A program made the translations under genes and the position numbers. Of a stretch of DNA of 64,000 nucleotides, positions 9,093 through 18,807 are shown in pieces (within the stretch, counting starts at the first letter, position 1; each line of letters begins with the position of its first letter). The notes beneath the pieces are model-generated. The model had not been told where the DNA came from, did not search any database, and saw nothing but the letters and a program-made list of their open reading frames with translations. The DNA comes from an uncultured bacterium. Lineage in GTDB: Bacteria; Fidelibacterota; Marinisomatia; Marinisomatales; TCS56. The stretch covers positions 2,484 through 66,483 of the forward strand of contig CAZIJQ010000006.1 in assembly GCA_964539785.1 (NCBI GenBank), given 5' to 3'.

Positions 9093-9485
9093 TCAGCTTT
9101 TTTCAGATCGCAATTCAAAACCTTTAACTACCACGAATGCGATCAGGGCAAACAGGAAAAAAACCAGCAGCATCCAGGCTACACTCTGCAAGGTGGCGAT
9201 TATCGTGCGGTATATCTCAAGTAGCCAGCGTTCGGCGTTTAACAGGATTGGTACTGCATCCGGTTCGGTCGCCGTGATATATTTCTCCAATTGCCAGATA
9301 CGTACACCACCGGAAATGCCGACAACATAAATTGCAAATTTGATATATTTTTGCCAGGCCGAGCTGATTTCCTCCGCAACGATTCGTTTAAGAATTGACG
9401 ATATAGGCTGGTTGAAGAATCGGGCCAAAATGTAGGATACTACTAAAGCGATTAAAAAGGTTACTAGCAGCAGGGTAATAAACAT
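9093..9485 (-). CDS. Hypothetical three-TM membrane protein
   Basis: GGAGG RBS and three hydrophobic segments. Confidence 0.8.
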   Translation of the reverse strand: MFITLLLVTFLIALVVSYILARFFNQPISSILKRIVAEEISSAWQKYIKFAIYVVGISGGVRIWQLEKYITATEPDAVPILLNAERWLLEIYRTIIATLQSVAWMLLVFFLFALIAFVVVKGFELRSEKS

Positions 9486-9740
9486 ATGACCTCCATTTCT
9501 TTGGGTCTATTGCTATTCGGCTACCATTCAGTTTGAAATGTGCAATTTTATCAGCAGCAGGAAAAATGTTTGAATGGCTGTCACACAATATACAAAATAT
9601 TTATTTTAAATTCATTTATTGGCTGGTAGTATTATTCAATTTTGGCTTTTATCCGGTTTTATGGTAGTTGCCTTTCCATTTCAAAATGGAGTAACTTATT
9701 TTGGCTGATGAAACTTGTAAAAATAGGAGTCTGATGTTCA

Positions 9741-10319
9741 ATGATTAGTAAAGATGTAACCGGTTTCTATCATTTCTACCCCTCAATAGCCGCCGTAGTT
9801 GGAGCCCAGCGGGGTGATAATGTGAATTTTATGACGGCCGCCTGGCACACTGGTGTTAGTCATTCGCCGCCATTGTATCTAGTATCGATTGCTCCCAAGC
9901 GCCATACTCATGATATGATTATGGAAACGGGCGAATTCACCTGCAATTTCCTGCCGATTGATCAGCTAAAGATCATTCACGGTTGCGGAATTGTCTCCGG
10001 GGCAGACATTGATAAGATTGACAAACTGGAGATACCACTGGAAAAATCAATTGAAGTGGATTGCCCGGTAATTGCAAACGCCTATGCTGCCTATGAATGT
10101 CGGGTAGTGCATCAATATCCGGCTGGTGATCACACCTTGTTTGTGGGTGAGGTGGCTGCAGTCCATATTGATGAAGCAAGAATTTCCGAAAGGGGTATTC
10201 TTGATCCGGCTAAAATTGATTTTGCTATGTATTTGGGATCGAATACATATATCTCCGCTGATCCCACTACTGAAGGAATTTTACCAGGAGATTTGGAGAC
10301 TTTGATAAATGTCGGTTAG
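9741..10319 (+). CDS. Flavin reductase family protein (DIM6/NTAB/flavoredoxin)
   Basis: NFMTAAW, SHSPP, TGEFTCN, SGADIDK and GDHTLFVGEV motifs. Confidence 0.9.
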   Translation: MISKDVTGFYHFYPSIAAVVGAQRGDNVNFMTAAWHTGVSHSPPLYLVSIAPKRHTHDMIMETGEFTCNFLPIDQLKIIHGCGIVSGADIDKIDKLEIPLEKSIEVDCPVIANAYAAYECRVVHQYPAGDHTLFVGEVAAVHIDEARISERGILDPAKIDFAMYLGSNTYISADPTTEGILPGDLETLINVG

Positions 10320-11268
10320 ACAATCTGTATCCATTGGTCTGGCACTTGGCAGTGGTTCGGCCCGGGGTTGGGCGCATATCGGTGTTATTGAAGCGCTGGA
10401 AGAAAATGGGATTCCCATTAATTTTATCGCCGGAACCAGTATTGGTGCTTTTGTCGGGGCAGTTTACGCTGCCGGTGACATAAAAAGCCTGAAGGAATTT
10501 GCCCTGCGAATGGATTGGAAAATGGTGCTGTCTTATTTTGATGTAGTTTTCCCGAAATCAGGTTTTCTGGATGGGAAAAAGGTTCATGATCTGTTTTCCA
10601 TGCACACCAATGTCCAAACATTCGCCGATTTTCGGATTCCCGTAAGGATGCTGGCCACCGATCTTAATAGCGGACAACAGGTAATTCTGGATTCAGGTAA
10701 TATTATTGAATCGATCCGAGCCAGTGTTTCTGTGCCCGGTATTTTTACGCCGGTACGACGGGGGAATCAAATGTTAGTGGATGGCGGTCTGGTCAATCCG
10801 GTTCCGGTCGATGTGGCTCACTCGATGGGTGCCGATGTGGTGATCGCCGTTGATTTAAATACGGGCCTGGTACGCAGGCAAGCTGATTCGGTGCCGCGTA
10901 GGACAAAATCTACTACTAGTGAGAGCGCATTCGACGAATTACAGAACAGCAAGAATGAAACAATTGCCAAACTGGCCCGCAGCTATGTTGGCGCTGAAAA
11001 AATGATTCGTGATAAAATTGGGTCCTGGTTCGACCGGGATGATCCCAAACCCAATATTCTGGAAGTTATGGGCAGTTCACTGGGTATTATGGAGGAGCAG
11101 ATCGCCCGGATCAACCTGGCTCTCAACCCACCGGATGTGCTGATACAACCACGATTGGGAGATATAAAAATGTTTGATTTTGACCAGGCCGAACGATCGA
11201 TTGCTGAAGGCTATCGGCGAACAATCGAACAGATGGATGCTATTCAGGAATTGATTGATCGCGGATAA
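10309..11268 (+). CDS. Patatin-like phospholipase (RssA-like)
   Basis: GSGSARGWAHIG, GTSIG nucleophile elbow, DGG catalytic motif. Confidence 0.93.
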   Translation: MSVRQSVSIGLALGSGSARGWAHIGVIEALEENGIPINFIAGTSIGAFVGAVYAAGDIKSLKEFALRMDWKMVLSYFDVVFPKSGFLDGKKVHDLFSMHTNVQTFADFRIPVRMLATDLNSGQQVILDSGNIIESIRASVSVPGIFTPVRRGNQMLVDGGLVNPVPVDVAHSMGADVVIAVDLNTGLVRRQADSVPRRTKSTTSESAFDELQNSKNETIAKLARSYVGAEKMIRDKIGSWFDRDDPKPNILEVMGSSLGIMEEQIARINLALNPPDVLIQPRLGDIKMFDFDQAERSIAEGYRRTIEQMDAIQELIDRG

Positions 11269-11292
11269 ATCAAAATTCCGGGGTTGCTATTG

Positions 11293-11853
11293 CTATACCT
11301 CCCGGTGTCGGAAGCAATCTACCACATGGTCGTTCACCATACCGGCGGCCTGCATGAAAGCATAACAGATCGTCGTCCCAACAAATTTGAATCCCCGGTG
11401 TTTCAAATCTTTACTCATGGCATCGGACTCAGCGGTGCTGACGGGAATATCTCCCATCTGCTTCCAGTTGTTAATTTTTGGTTGACCACCGACAAACTGC
11501 CAGATATACTGATCGAAGGTACCGTATTCCGCTTGAGCCTTAAGGAAAAATTGGGCATTGGTTACCGTTGATCGAACCTTCAGCTTGTTACGGATGATTC
11601 CCGCATTGTTTAATAATTCCTGAATTTTAATTTCGTCATATTGGGCGATTTTCACTGGGTTAAAATTGTCTAGTGCTTCCCGGAAATTCTCTCGTTTATT
11701 CAAAATAGTAGACCAACTCAAACCGGCCTGGAAAGCATCCAGAACCAAAAATTCAAAGATTTTTCGATCGTCATGAATCGGGATACCCCACTCCGTGTCG
11801 TGGTATTCAATCATCAATTGATTATCTGATGGCCAGGCACAACGTGTTATCAT
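11293..11853 (-). CDS. tag: DNA-3-methyladenine glycosylase I
   Basis: RCAW...YHDTEWG, FQAGLSW, GIIRNKLK, GFKFVG, GMVNDH..C; start set at ATG 11853. Confidence 0.96.
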   Translation of the reverse strand: MITRCAWPSDNQLMIEYHDTEWGIPIHDDRKIFEFLVLDAFQAGLSWSTILNKRENFREALDNFNPVKIAQYDEIKIQELLNNAGIIRNKLKVRSTVTNAQFFLKAQAEYGTFDQYIWQFVGGQPKINNWKQMGDIPVSTAESDAMSKDLKHRGFKFVGTTICYAFMQAAGMVNDHVVDCFRHREV

Positions 11854-12072
11854 TTTTTCACCTATAGTTATTAGCTGAATTTTACACCGGCTATACAAGG
11901 GAGACCAGCGCTAACAATAATTTAGGTTCATTTTTTTGAAGAGAATTGTAGTGTAGCCATCGACTTTCTAAATTTGTGAGATTTATCACTGATAGGGATG
12001 TAGCTCTGGTTTATTTTCCTCTTGAAAATGAACCTAAATTTTTAAATGATCAAACAATAAATTAATTTTTGG

Positions 12073-12099
12073 GCAACCATTGCCAATTTTAAGCGTCTA
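12073..12099 (+). promoter_or_regulatory. Putative ECF-sigma promoter of the TonB-dependent receptor
   Basis: GCAAC-N16-CGTCTA. Confidence 0.55.
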
Positions 12100-12117
12100 T
12101 GTATGGAAAAATAATAT

Positions 12118-14502
12118 GTGGCTGAAATATCTATGCTAAAGAATTTTAATAAAGATTGTATGACCCTAATTGCACTATTGATAATTACTAGTGTGTCAAT
12201 ATTCAGTCAGGAGACAGGACGTATATCCGGCTACCTGCGGGCCGGCGACACAGGCGAACCACTGATCTTTGCCAATATAATTCTCGAAGGTACAATCAAA
12301 GGCGCCGCTTCCGATGTTCATGGATATTATGTAATCCGCAATATTCAAACCGGCAATTACCGCTTAAAGGCCATGATGATGGGTTACCAAACGGTGGAGC
12401 AACCGGTGGAGATTGCGGCGGGTAGTGACCAGCGAATTGATCTGGAATTACCGGTTCGGGTCTTATCTGGGGAAGAGGTCACAGTCACCGCCGAACGGAT
12501 GCGTTTCGAAGAAAAAGTGGAAATTAGTCGCCTGAATTTGTCCATGCGGCAAATCGAAAATACACCAGCAATGATTGAAACGGACCTGTTTCGAATTTTG
12601 CAAATGACACCCTCGGTTACCGCTAAAAATGATTTCTCATCCGCTCTAATTGTACGGGGTGGTGGTTCCGATGAAAACCTGATCCTTTTGGATGGGATCG
12701 AAGTCTACAACCCTTACCATTTGGGCGGGGTATTCTCAACCTTCAATGCCGAAGCTTTGGCGGATGCGGAATTCCTGGCTGGTGGGTTTGCAGCCAAATT
12801 TGGCAATCGCAATTCGGCGGTGTTGGATATTACCACCAGGGAAGGCAATTCCAAGCGACGGATATTATTTAAAGAAGGACCGATTTCTGATATTATTGAT
12901 TTAAGCGGTGTCAACGGTGAAATCAGTCTGTTGAGTACAAAAATCCTGGCGGAAGGTCCCCATAAATGGGGCACCTGGATGATTGCTACTCGTCGCACCT
13001 ATTATGATCAGATAGCAAAATTGTACTACCGGCTTAAAGACGGTAGTACACCGGCCGGCGGTTATTATTTCTGGGATACCCACTGGAAAGTCTTTTTCGA
13101 CTTGACCAGCAAGAGCCGTCTGACACTGGCTGGTTACTATGGTCGCGATTTTCTGGCGTTTAATTTTGAAGATGATGAAAGCGGATTTGATATTGGACTC
13201 GATTGGGGTAATTATACCACCAGCTCCCAGTGGCGTTATGTACCAAATTCCCAGTTTCATTCCACTTTTTCAGTTGCTCGAACGGTTTACGATTGGGATA
13301 TGGGTCTCACATTTACCGGAATTGATTCTGCTGTGGGAAAAATATCTACCGATATATTTCAAAATGTGGTTCTGCGGGACTGGACGGTAAAAGAAAAATT
13401 AGACTGGTTTATCAGCGATCAGCATACCATTACCGGTGGATTTGAGTTCAAAATTCTGGAAATGGCAATCAAACAGGAAATGGCTAATATTACCTTTCTC
13501 GACCGGACCCAGAGTCCTTATATTTTATCATTTTACATACAGGACCGCTGGAAGATATCCAATCGCTTCAATTTTCAACCGGGATTGCGCCTGAGTAAAT
13601 ATGAATTGCATGACCAATTATATTTGGAACCACGTTTGGGATTCAAGTATTTGCTGACGGAAAACCTGGCTTTGAAAGGTAGTTGGGGAATTTACAAGCA
13701 ATACTTGTTTACCAATACCAATGACGAGGAAATAATTAGTTTTGTGGAATTCTGGTTACCTGTGCCCAAGGATTTGGAACCCCAATCCTGCCAACACTTC
13801 ATAGCCGGTATTGAGCAACGGTTTAACCGGGGATATTATGCCAGCCTGGAAGCTTATTATAAACCTTATGATTATACTCTGGAAGTGAACCCCAATAACG
13901 ATCCCGTCACCGATGAAGACGATTTTGTGGCTGGTAAAGGATCTGCTTGGGGTTTTGAATTCTTGCTGAAGAAGATGCAGGGTAAATTCACCGGCTGGCT
14001 GGGCTATAGTTACAGCCGCATCCGCAAAGAAATTGATTTTAATAGCGATGGTGTCCTCCGCAAAAGGGAGGGTGAAATCTATTTTACGAATAATGATATT
14101 CCTCATTCATTTAATGCTGTGGTCAGTTACAATCGCAGCAAAAAGAACAGTTTTGGCTTGAATGCTTCCTATAATACCGGTAAACCATTTACCGTTAACG
14201 AAGGACTGGTTTATGCCGGGACTAGCTTTAGCAGTCCAATCTTTCCCTATACCGGTTTGCAGAATATCCCAGGGGAGAAGAATGGTGCCCGCTTTCCCAG
14301 TTACTTACGTATCGATCTCAGTTACATCAGGACGATTAAACCTTTTGGGATAAATGGTAAGTTCAAATTCCAGATTATCAATGCCACGAACCATTTTAAC
14401 GTTCTTATAGCACAAACAATTCCCAATACAAATCCAACCATGATACGGGCATTCAGCATGTTCCCGGTGATTCCTTCATTTGGTGTGGAATTCGAATTTT
14501 AA
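12118..14502 (+). CDS. TonB-dependent receptor with N-terminal CarboxypepD_reg-like domain
   Basis: GRISGYL...GEPLIFANI domain, plug motifs IVRGGGSDENLILLDG and GGFAAKFGNR, barrel ending in FEF; exact start uncertain. Confidence 0.93.
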   Translation: MAEISMLKNFNKDCMTLIALLIITSVSIFSQETGRISGYLRAGDTGEPLIFANIILEGTIKGAASDVHGYYVIRNIQTGNYRLKAMMMGYQTVEQPVEIAAGSDQRIDLELPVRVLSGEEVTVTAERMRFEEKVEISRLNLSMRQIENTPAMIETDLFRILQMTPSVTAKNDFSSALIVRGGGSDENLILLDGIEVYNPYHLGGVFSTFNAEALADAEFLAGGFAAKFGNRNSAVLDITTREGNSKRRILFKEGPISDIIDLSGVNGEISLLSTKILAEGPHKWGTWMIATRRTYYDQIAKLYYRLKDGSTPAGGYYFWDTHWKVFFDLTSKSRLTLAGYYGRDFLAFNFEDDESGFDIGLDWGNYTTSSQWRYVPNSQFHSTFSVARTVYDWDMGLTFTGIDSAVGKISTDIFQNVVLRDWTVKEKLDWFISDQHTITGGFEFKILEMAIKQEMANITFLDRTQSPYILSFYIQDRWKISNRFNFQPGLRLSKYELHDQLYLEPRLGFKYLLTENLALKGSWGIYKQYLFTNTNDEEIISFVEFWLPVPKDLEPQSCQHFIAGIEQRFNRGYYASLEAYYKPYDYTLEVNPNNDPVTDEDDFVAGKGSAWGFEFLLKKMQGKFTGWLGYSYSRIRKEIDFNSDGVLRKREGEIYFTNNDIPHSFNAVVSYNRSKKNSFGLNASYNTGKPFTVNEGLVYAGTSFSSPIFPYTGLQNIPGEKNGARFPSYLRIDLSYIRTIKPFGINGKFKFQIINATNHFNVLIAQTIPNTNPTMIRAFSMFPVIPSFGVEFEF

Positions 14503-14516
14503 ATTGGGAGAATGAA

Positions 14517-15629
14517 ATGATTAATAAAATGAATAAAGGATTAATACTTGTTGTATTGGCAAGTCTGATATGGGGGGGGTGTGAAGAAGAAATGTTACTT
14601 ACAGAATTCACCGATTATCAATTCCAGTATGATCCCGAGTTACGAATTGAAGCAATCCTGAATACGGAAAACCTCGAACAAACGGTAGTGCGGATCGATT
14701 ATTCCATACCGATTACCGATACGACCATTTTCAACGGGCGTGATGATGACGGCGATTGGCGACCTTTCGAAGACTTGAACGGTAATGGCAAATGGGATGA
14801 ATCTGAACCATTAAATGATGACCTTGGTGAAGATGGAATTACAAGTGTCGATAACCGATTTCTTGAACCGGATGAAGGTGAAGGTGATGGATTACCCACT
14901 GCGGGCGAACCTCATATTGATGAGCTTGATGAAATAATAGGTCAGCTGCACGATTCTACATACACGGTGGAATTGTATAATAATACCACTGGTACTAAAG
15001 TGGCTGATTTTGCCTGGCAGGCGGTGGCCGATTCCTTAACAATCTCTGGAAATGGTGATGATGAATTAGAAGAAATAGTCCATTATGGCGGTTATAAGAT
15101 TTCCACCGTAATTGATTCAATTGATTATGATGACGAATATTTATTTAGGATTTCCGGTGGTTCTCGGGTGATAGAAGCGGCTTTTCAACCGGAACCACCT
15201 GTAACTTTTCTTACCGATTTTTTCACAATGAATAATGACACGCTGATGGTGACCGAAGAAGATTCACTGGCACCCATATGGACTACCGGCAGCGAACCGA
15301 TTGTGTACTGGGTGAAAATTGAACGAATTTTCCAGCCGGATTCTATCGAAATAATCGCCGATCACCCAGCCACACCAATTAGCCTGGAAAACGGTATCTA
15401 TCTCGGGGGCGATTTCACCACATTTTATTTCCCTGGCCTGTATCGTTGGACAGTCTACGTCCCCAGTCATAATTATGGTCAATATGTGTATTCATCATTA
15501 CCGATTACCGATTCCAGTATCAGCAACTGGCGTGATGAAAATGATAATGTTGTTCTTGGTTGCGCCGGTTCCATGGCCGGTCGGTCCATCTATGTTCGAA
15601 TCGATAAAGAAGTCGAAAAATTGCAGTAA
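14517..15629 (+). CDS. TBDR-associated lipoprotein with acidic Ca-binding-like insert
   Basis: Lipobox-like IWGGC, directly after the TBDR, DLNGNGKWD and DGLPTAGEP acidic loops. Confidence 0.7.
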   Translation: MINKMNKGLILVVLASLIWGGCEEEMLLTEFTDYQFQYDPELRIEAILNTENLEQTVVRIDYSIPITDTTIFNGRDDDGDWRPFEDLNGNGKWDESEPLNDDLGEDGITSVDNRFLEPDEGEGDGLPTAGEPHIDELDEIIGQLHDSTYTVELYNNTTGTKVADFAWQAVADSLTISGNGDDELEEIVHYGGYKISTVIDSIDYDDEYLFRISGGSRVIEAAFQPEPPVTFLTDFFTMNNDTLMVTEEDSLAPIWTTGSEPIVYWVKIERIFQPDSIEIIADHPATPISLENGIYLGGDFTTFYFPGLYRWTVYVPSHNYGQYVYSSLPITDSSISNWRDENDNVVLGCAGSMAGRSIYVRIDKEVEKLQ

Positions 15630-15897
15630 ATCAGCTATTAGGAATTATTAATCAAATACTGTGACAACCAATTCAGCTAGTGGCTGTCGTATTGCTATGA
15701 ATCTATGCTTTTACAGCCAACTCTCCCTGTCTCTTGATCCGATTTCCGGAATGCAGGCGTTCTATTGCCCGATTGGATTGGCGCTGATCGGTACCAATTT
15801 GCCTGAGAAACTTCCTATTATTGTAATAAAATCTGCTTTAGATAGTGAAGATCCTCCTAGGCTGTAAAATCTAGTTGATTGACAACGTTGGATGGCA

Positions 15898-15932
15898 GGG
15901 GTCGGTTGATTACCGACCCCTCCTTAGTTTTA
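15898..15932 (+). terminator. Hairpin terminator
   Basis: GGGGTCGGT-TGATT-ACCGACCCC followed by T-rich sequence. Confidence 0.6.
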
Positions 15933-15988
15933 TACCTTCCAAAAAAATAAGATCAATTGGCTAATTAAGACTTTCCAGTCTTAATTTA

Positions 15989-17041
15989 TTGGGCATGAAA
16001 AATAAACAAAACTCGCATCTGAAATCTGCCAGTTTAAGAATTAAACCCTTTGCCTGGTCGCTACGGAACTGGGTTCAACTTGCGGTTTTGATATTGACTA
16101 TGTTAATCGGTCTCCAATTCTATTTTTGGGTAAGGCAGATTGAATCCGGAGGGGTGGTTTCTGTTGGACGGCCACCGGGAGTGGAAGGCTTTCTGCCCAT
16201 TGGCTCATTGATGGGCTGGAAATACTTTTTTCTAACTGGTGACTGGGATCCGGTGCACCCGGCCGGAATGGTAATCCTTGGATTTGCAGTTTTGATTTCC
16301 TTTGTTTTGCGCAAATCGTTCTGTGGCTGGTTTTGCCCGGTCGGAACTATTTCTGAATGGCTTTGGCGGTTAGGGCGTGGTAAGAATGGCCGCAACATAC
16401 TTCCTCCGAAATGGCTTGATATTCCCTTGCGCAGTTTGAAATATATATTGCTGGCCTTTTTTGCCTGGGCTGTACTATCAATGGGTTCCGACTCGCTGGA
16501 ACGCTTTTTTGCACTGCCATACTGGAAAGTTTCAGATATCAAAATGCTGTATTTTTTTACCGGGATGTCCGGCACAGCGGCGATTGTGATATTAATTCTG
16601 GTGGTTGGTTCAATATTCATTCGCAATTTCTGGTGCCGTTATCTTTGCCCGTATGGTGCACTTACCGGAATATTCGGTTTTCTGGGACCCACCAGAATCA
16701 AGCGTGACGAATCAACCTGTATCGATTGTAATCTCTGTGCCAAAGTTTGTCCAGCCTATTTGCCAGTTGATGTAAAACCCCAAATCATCAGCGCTGAATG
16801 CACTGGCTGTGCCAGTTGTGTAGATGTTTGTCCCGTGAAAGATACTCTGGATTTCAAAACTATCGGTCTGCCTACTGAATTCTGGACCAGCCGTAAACTG
16901 GCCTTAACGGTTGGAGGATTATTTATCTTACTGGTAATTACCGCTCGTATCAGCGGCGGTTGGGCTTCCCACGTTTCCATAGAGGAAATCCGGTCGATCC
17001 TGCCCGATATTGATTTCTTAAAACACACTTCCGGTTTTTAA
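15989..17041 (+). CDS. Membrane-bound 4Fe-4S polyferredoxin (NapH/MauN-like)
   Basis: CGWFCP and CRYLCP motifs plus two CxxCxxCxxxCP ferredoxin motifs and several TM helices; start may be ATG 15995. Confidence 0.9.
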   Translation: MGMKNKQNSHLKSASLRIKPFAWSLRNWVQLAVLILTMLIGLQFYFWVRQIESGGVVSVGRPPGVEGFLPIGSLMGWKYFFLTGDWDPVHPAGMVILGFAVLISFVLRKSFCGWFCPVGTISEWLWRLGRGKNGRNILPPKWLDIPLRSLKYILLAFFAWAVLSMGSDSLERFFALPYWKVSDIKMLYFFTGMSGTAAIVILILVVGSIFIRNFWCRYLCPYGALTGIFGFLGPTRIKRDESTCIDCNLCAKVCPAYLPVDVKPQIISAECTGCASCVDVCPVKDTLDFKTIGLPTEFWTSRKLALTVGGLFILLVITARISGGWASHVSIEEIRSILPDIDFLKHTSGF

Positions 17042-17183
17042 TTCACTCACGATCAGCGCGCTAAGAGTGGGTCAATCAATTTCGTGATTGATCTATATTT
17101 CCATCAACTATATATTGTCGGGGAACAACTTAATGATATCATTTGGAATGAATGATATCGAATTGATATACGGAAGGTAAAAA

Positions 17184-17861
17184 ATGGCTGAAAAAACCAA
17201 ATTATGGTATTTACAGAATTTTAATTTATTTGAAGACATGGATGAGAATACCATGATGGGACTCGATCAAAATTCTCGGATGCAGGAAACCCCTAAAAAA
17301 GAGATTATCTATTTTCCGGATGAACCCAATAATACGATTTATTTTCTCAAGTCCGGAAAAATCAAAATCTCCCGAGTAACGGAAGATGGGCGATCTACTT
17401 CAATTCAACTGATTGGACCGGGGGAGATATTTGGCGAAAGTGCCATCCTGGGCCAGGAGCGGCATGAGAACAGCGCCGAAGTTGTGGAGGATGCCATAAT
17501 CTGTTCCATCAGTAAGGAAAATTTTGAAGAGCTGCTAATTAAAAGCCCCCGTTTAAATCGCAGTGTAAACAAATTCATTGGTTTCCGCTTGCGGAAGATT
17601 GAATCACATATCGAGGATCTGGTGTTTAAAAATGCCCGTGAGCGGATAGAAGCATTCCTGAGCCGATATATCAATACTTTTGGAAAAAAAATGATTGATG
17701 GCTGGATGGTTCGACCGTTTCTCAATCATCAGGAAATTGCTGAACTCACTGCCACTACCCGCCAAACTGTTAATTCGATCCTGAATGATATGGTGCAGGA
17801 ACAAAAAATTGAATATACCCGCCGCTATTTGAGAACTACCTCAGTAGACTGGTTGCAATAA
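17184..17861 (+). CDS. Crp/Fnr-family transcriptional regulator
   Basis: cNMP-binding fold (IYFLKSGKIK, GEIFGE), HTH HQEIAELTATTRQTVNSIL. Confidence 0.93.
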   Translation: MAEKTKLWYLQNFNLFEDMDENTMMGLDQNSRMQETPKKEIIYFPDEPNNTIYFLKSGKIKISRVTEDGRSTSIQLIGPGEIFGESAILGQERHENSAEVVEDAIICSISKENFEELLIKSPRLNRSVNKFIGFRLRKIESHIEDLVFKNARERIEAFLSRYINTFGKKMIDGWMVRPFLNHQEIAELTATTRQTVNSILNDMVQEQKIEYTRRYLRTTSVDWLQ

Positions 17862-17868
17862 GCATTTC

Positions 17869-17884
17869 TGTCATCTAACCGACA
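17869..17884. promoter_or_regulatory. CooA-type Crp-family binding site
   Basis: TGTCA-TCTAAC-CGACA, matching TGTCA-N6-CGACA, 35 bp upstream of the next start codon. Confidence 0.7.
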
Positions 17885-17919
17885 ATTTACCCGCCCGCTG
17901 CCTGCTAAGTTCGTGAGGC

Positions 17920-18243
17920 ATGAAAAATGAAATTAGCAGCAAAAACACCCTGGTTGAACTGTCCGTACGCGGTGATTGTCCCGAATGTGATCTGATAGAA
18001 TCACAACTTAAATATCTGGGCGAGGCTACCGGTCGTTTCCGGGTTCGGATTTATAATCTTGACCGGGATAAGAATATTCCTAATACAAGATGCAGCAGCA
18101 TAACGCCAGCCATTTGGATTGCCGGAAAATTATCTTATCTGGGGGCGATGGACCCTAACCGATTTATGGAAAAAATTGATCAGATTCAAATGAACAATTC
18201 TATTGTTAACAACCACAAAAGGAGGTTGAAATGGAACAATTGA
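17920..18243 (+). CDS. Thioredoxin/glutaredoxin-like small protein
   Basis: CPEC motif and TPAIWI cis-Pro loop. Confidence 0.7.
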   Translation: MKNEISSKNTLVELSVRGDCPECDLIESQLKYLGEATGRFRVRIYNLDRDKNIPNTRCSSITPAIWIAGKLSYLGAMDPNRFMEKIDQIQMNNSIVNNHKRRLKWNN

Positions 18244-18629
18244 AAAATAACTCACACTGGCTTATCCGGTTAGCGCTGGCGGCCACATTTATTTACCACG
18301 GCTTGGCTAAATTTCCCATGGCTGCCATGATGGCGGAAGGCATGGGAATGCCTGTGTTCATGGTATACATGTTGGCAATCATGGAGGTGGCCGGTGGACT
18401 GTTGATTCTCTACGGTGGCGTCGGTCCAAATTGGGCTACACAGATCGCTGGAGGAGTTTTTGCCATGGTGATGCTGGGTGCTATATTTATGGTACACTGG
18501 TCCAACGGCTGGAATTTTATGGCCGGCTATGGTGAAGGCACTAATAATATGGGTGGCATGGAGTTTCAGGTATTGATTTTTGCGGTCTCGCTGTTTCTGG
18601 TAGCGCAGGGCAACACAATTAATGAATAA
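18231..18629 (+). CDS. DoxX-family membrane protein
   Basis: LIRLALAATFIYHGLAKF, EVAGGLLIL, VHW.NGW and GGMEF motifs. Confidence 0.92.
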   Translation: MEQLKNNSHWLIRLALAATFIYHGLAKFPMAAMMAEGMGMPVFMVYMLAIMEVAGGLLILYGGVGPNWATQIAGGVFAMVMLGAIFMVHWSNGWNFMAGYGEGTNNMGGMEFQVLIFAVSLFLVAQGNTINE

Positions 18630-18646
18630 TTGAACAGCCGGTAAAT

Positions 18647-18684
18647 AAACGGGGAAGCAGCAGTAGTTGTTTCCCCGTTTTATT
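18647..18684 (+). terminator. Rho-independent terminator
   Basis: AAACGGGGAAGCAGC/GTTGTTTCCCCGTTT hairpin with T-run. Confidence 0.75.
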
Positions 18685-18807
18685 ATATAATTACTCTTGC
18701 AGGGATCCTGGAGCGGTTTACATGATAACACAGAGTTTATTATCTAGATAAACTGTAAATTGCATTCCAAATATATGTTTAATTAAGATGGTCTACGGGA
18801 GTAAAAA

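Noticed and set aside
11284-11571. Antisense 95-aa ORF over tag, and similar short overlapping ORFs across the window
   Set aside because: They lie within confidently identified genes and have no recognisable motifs or RBS.
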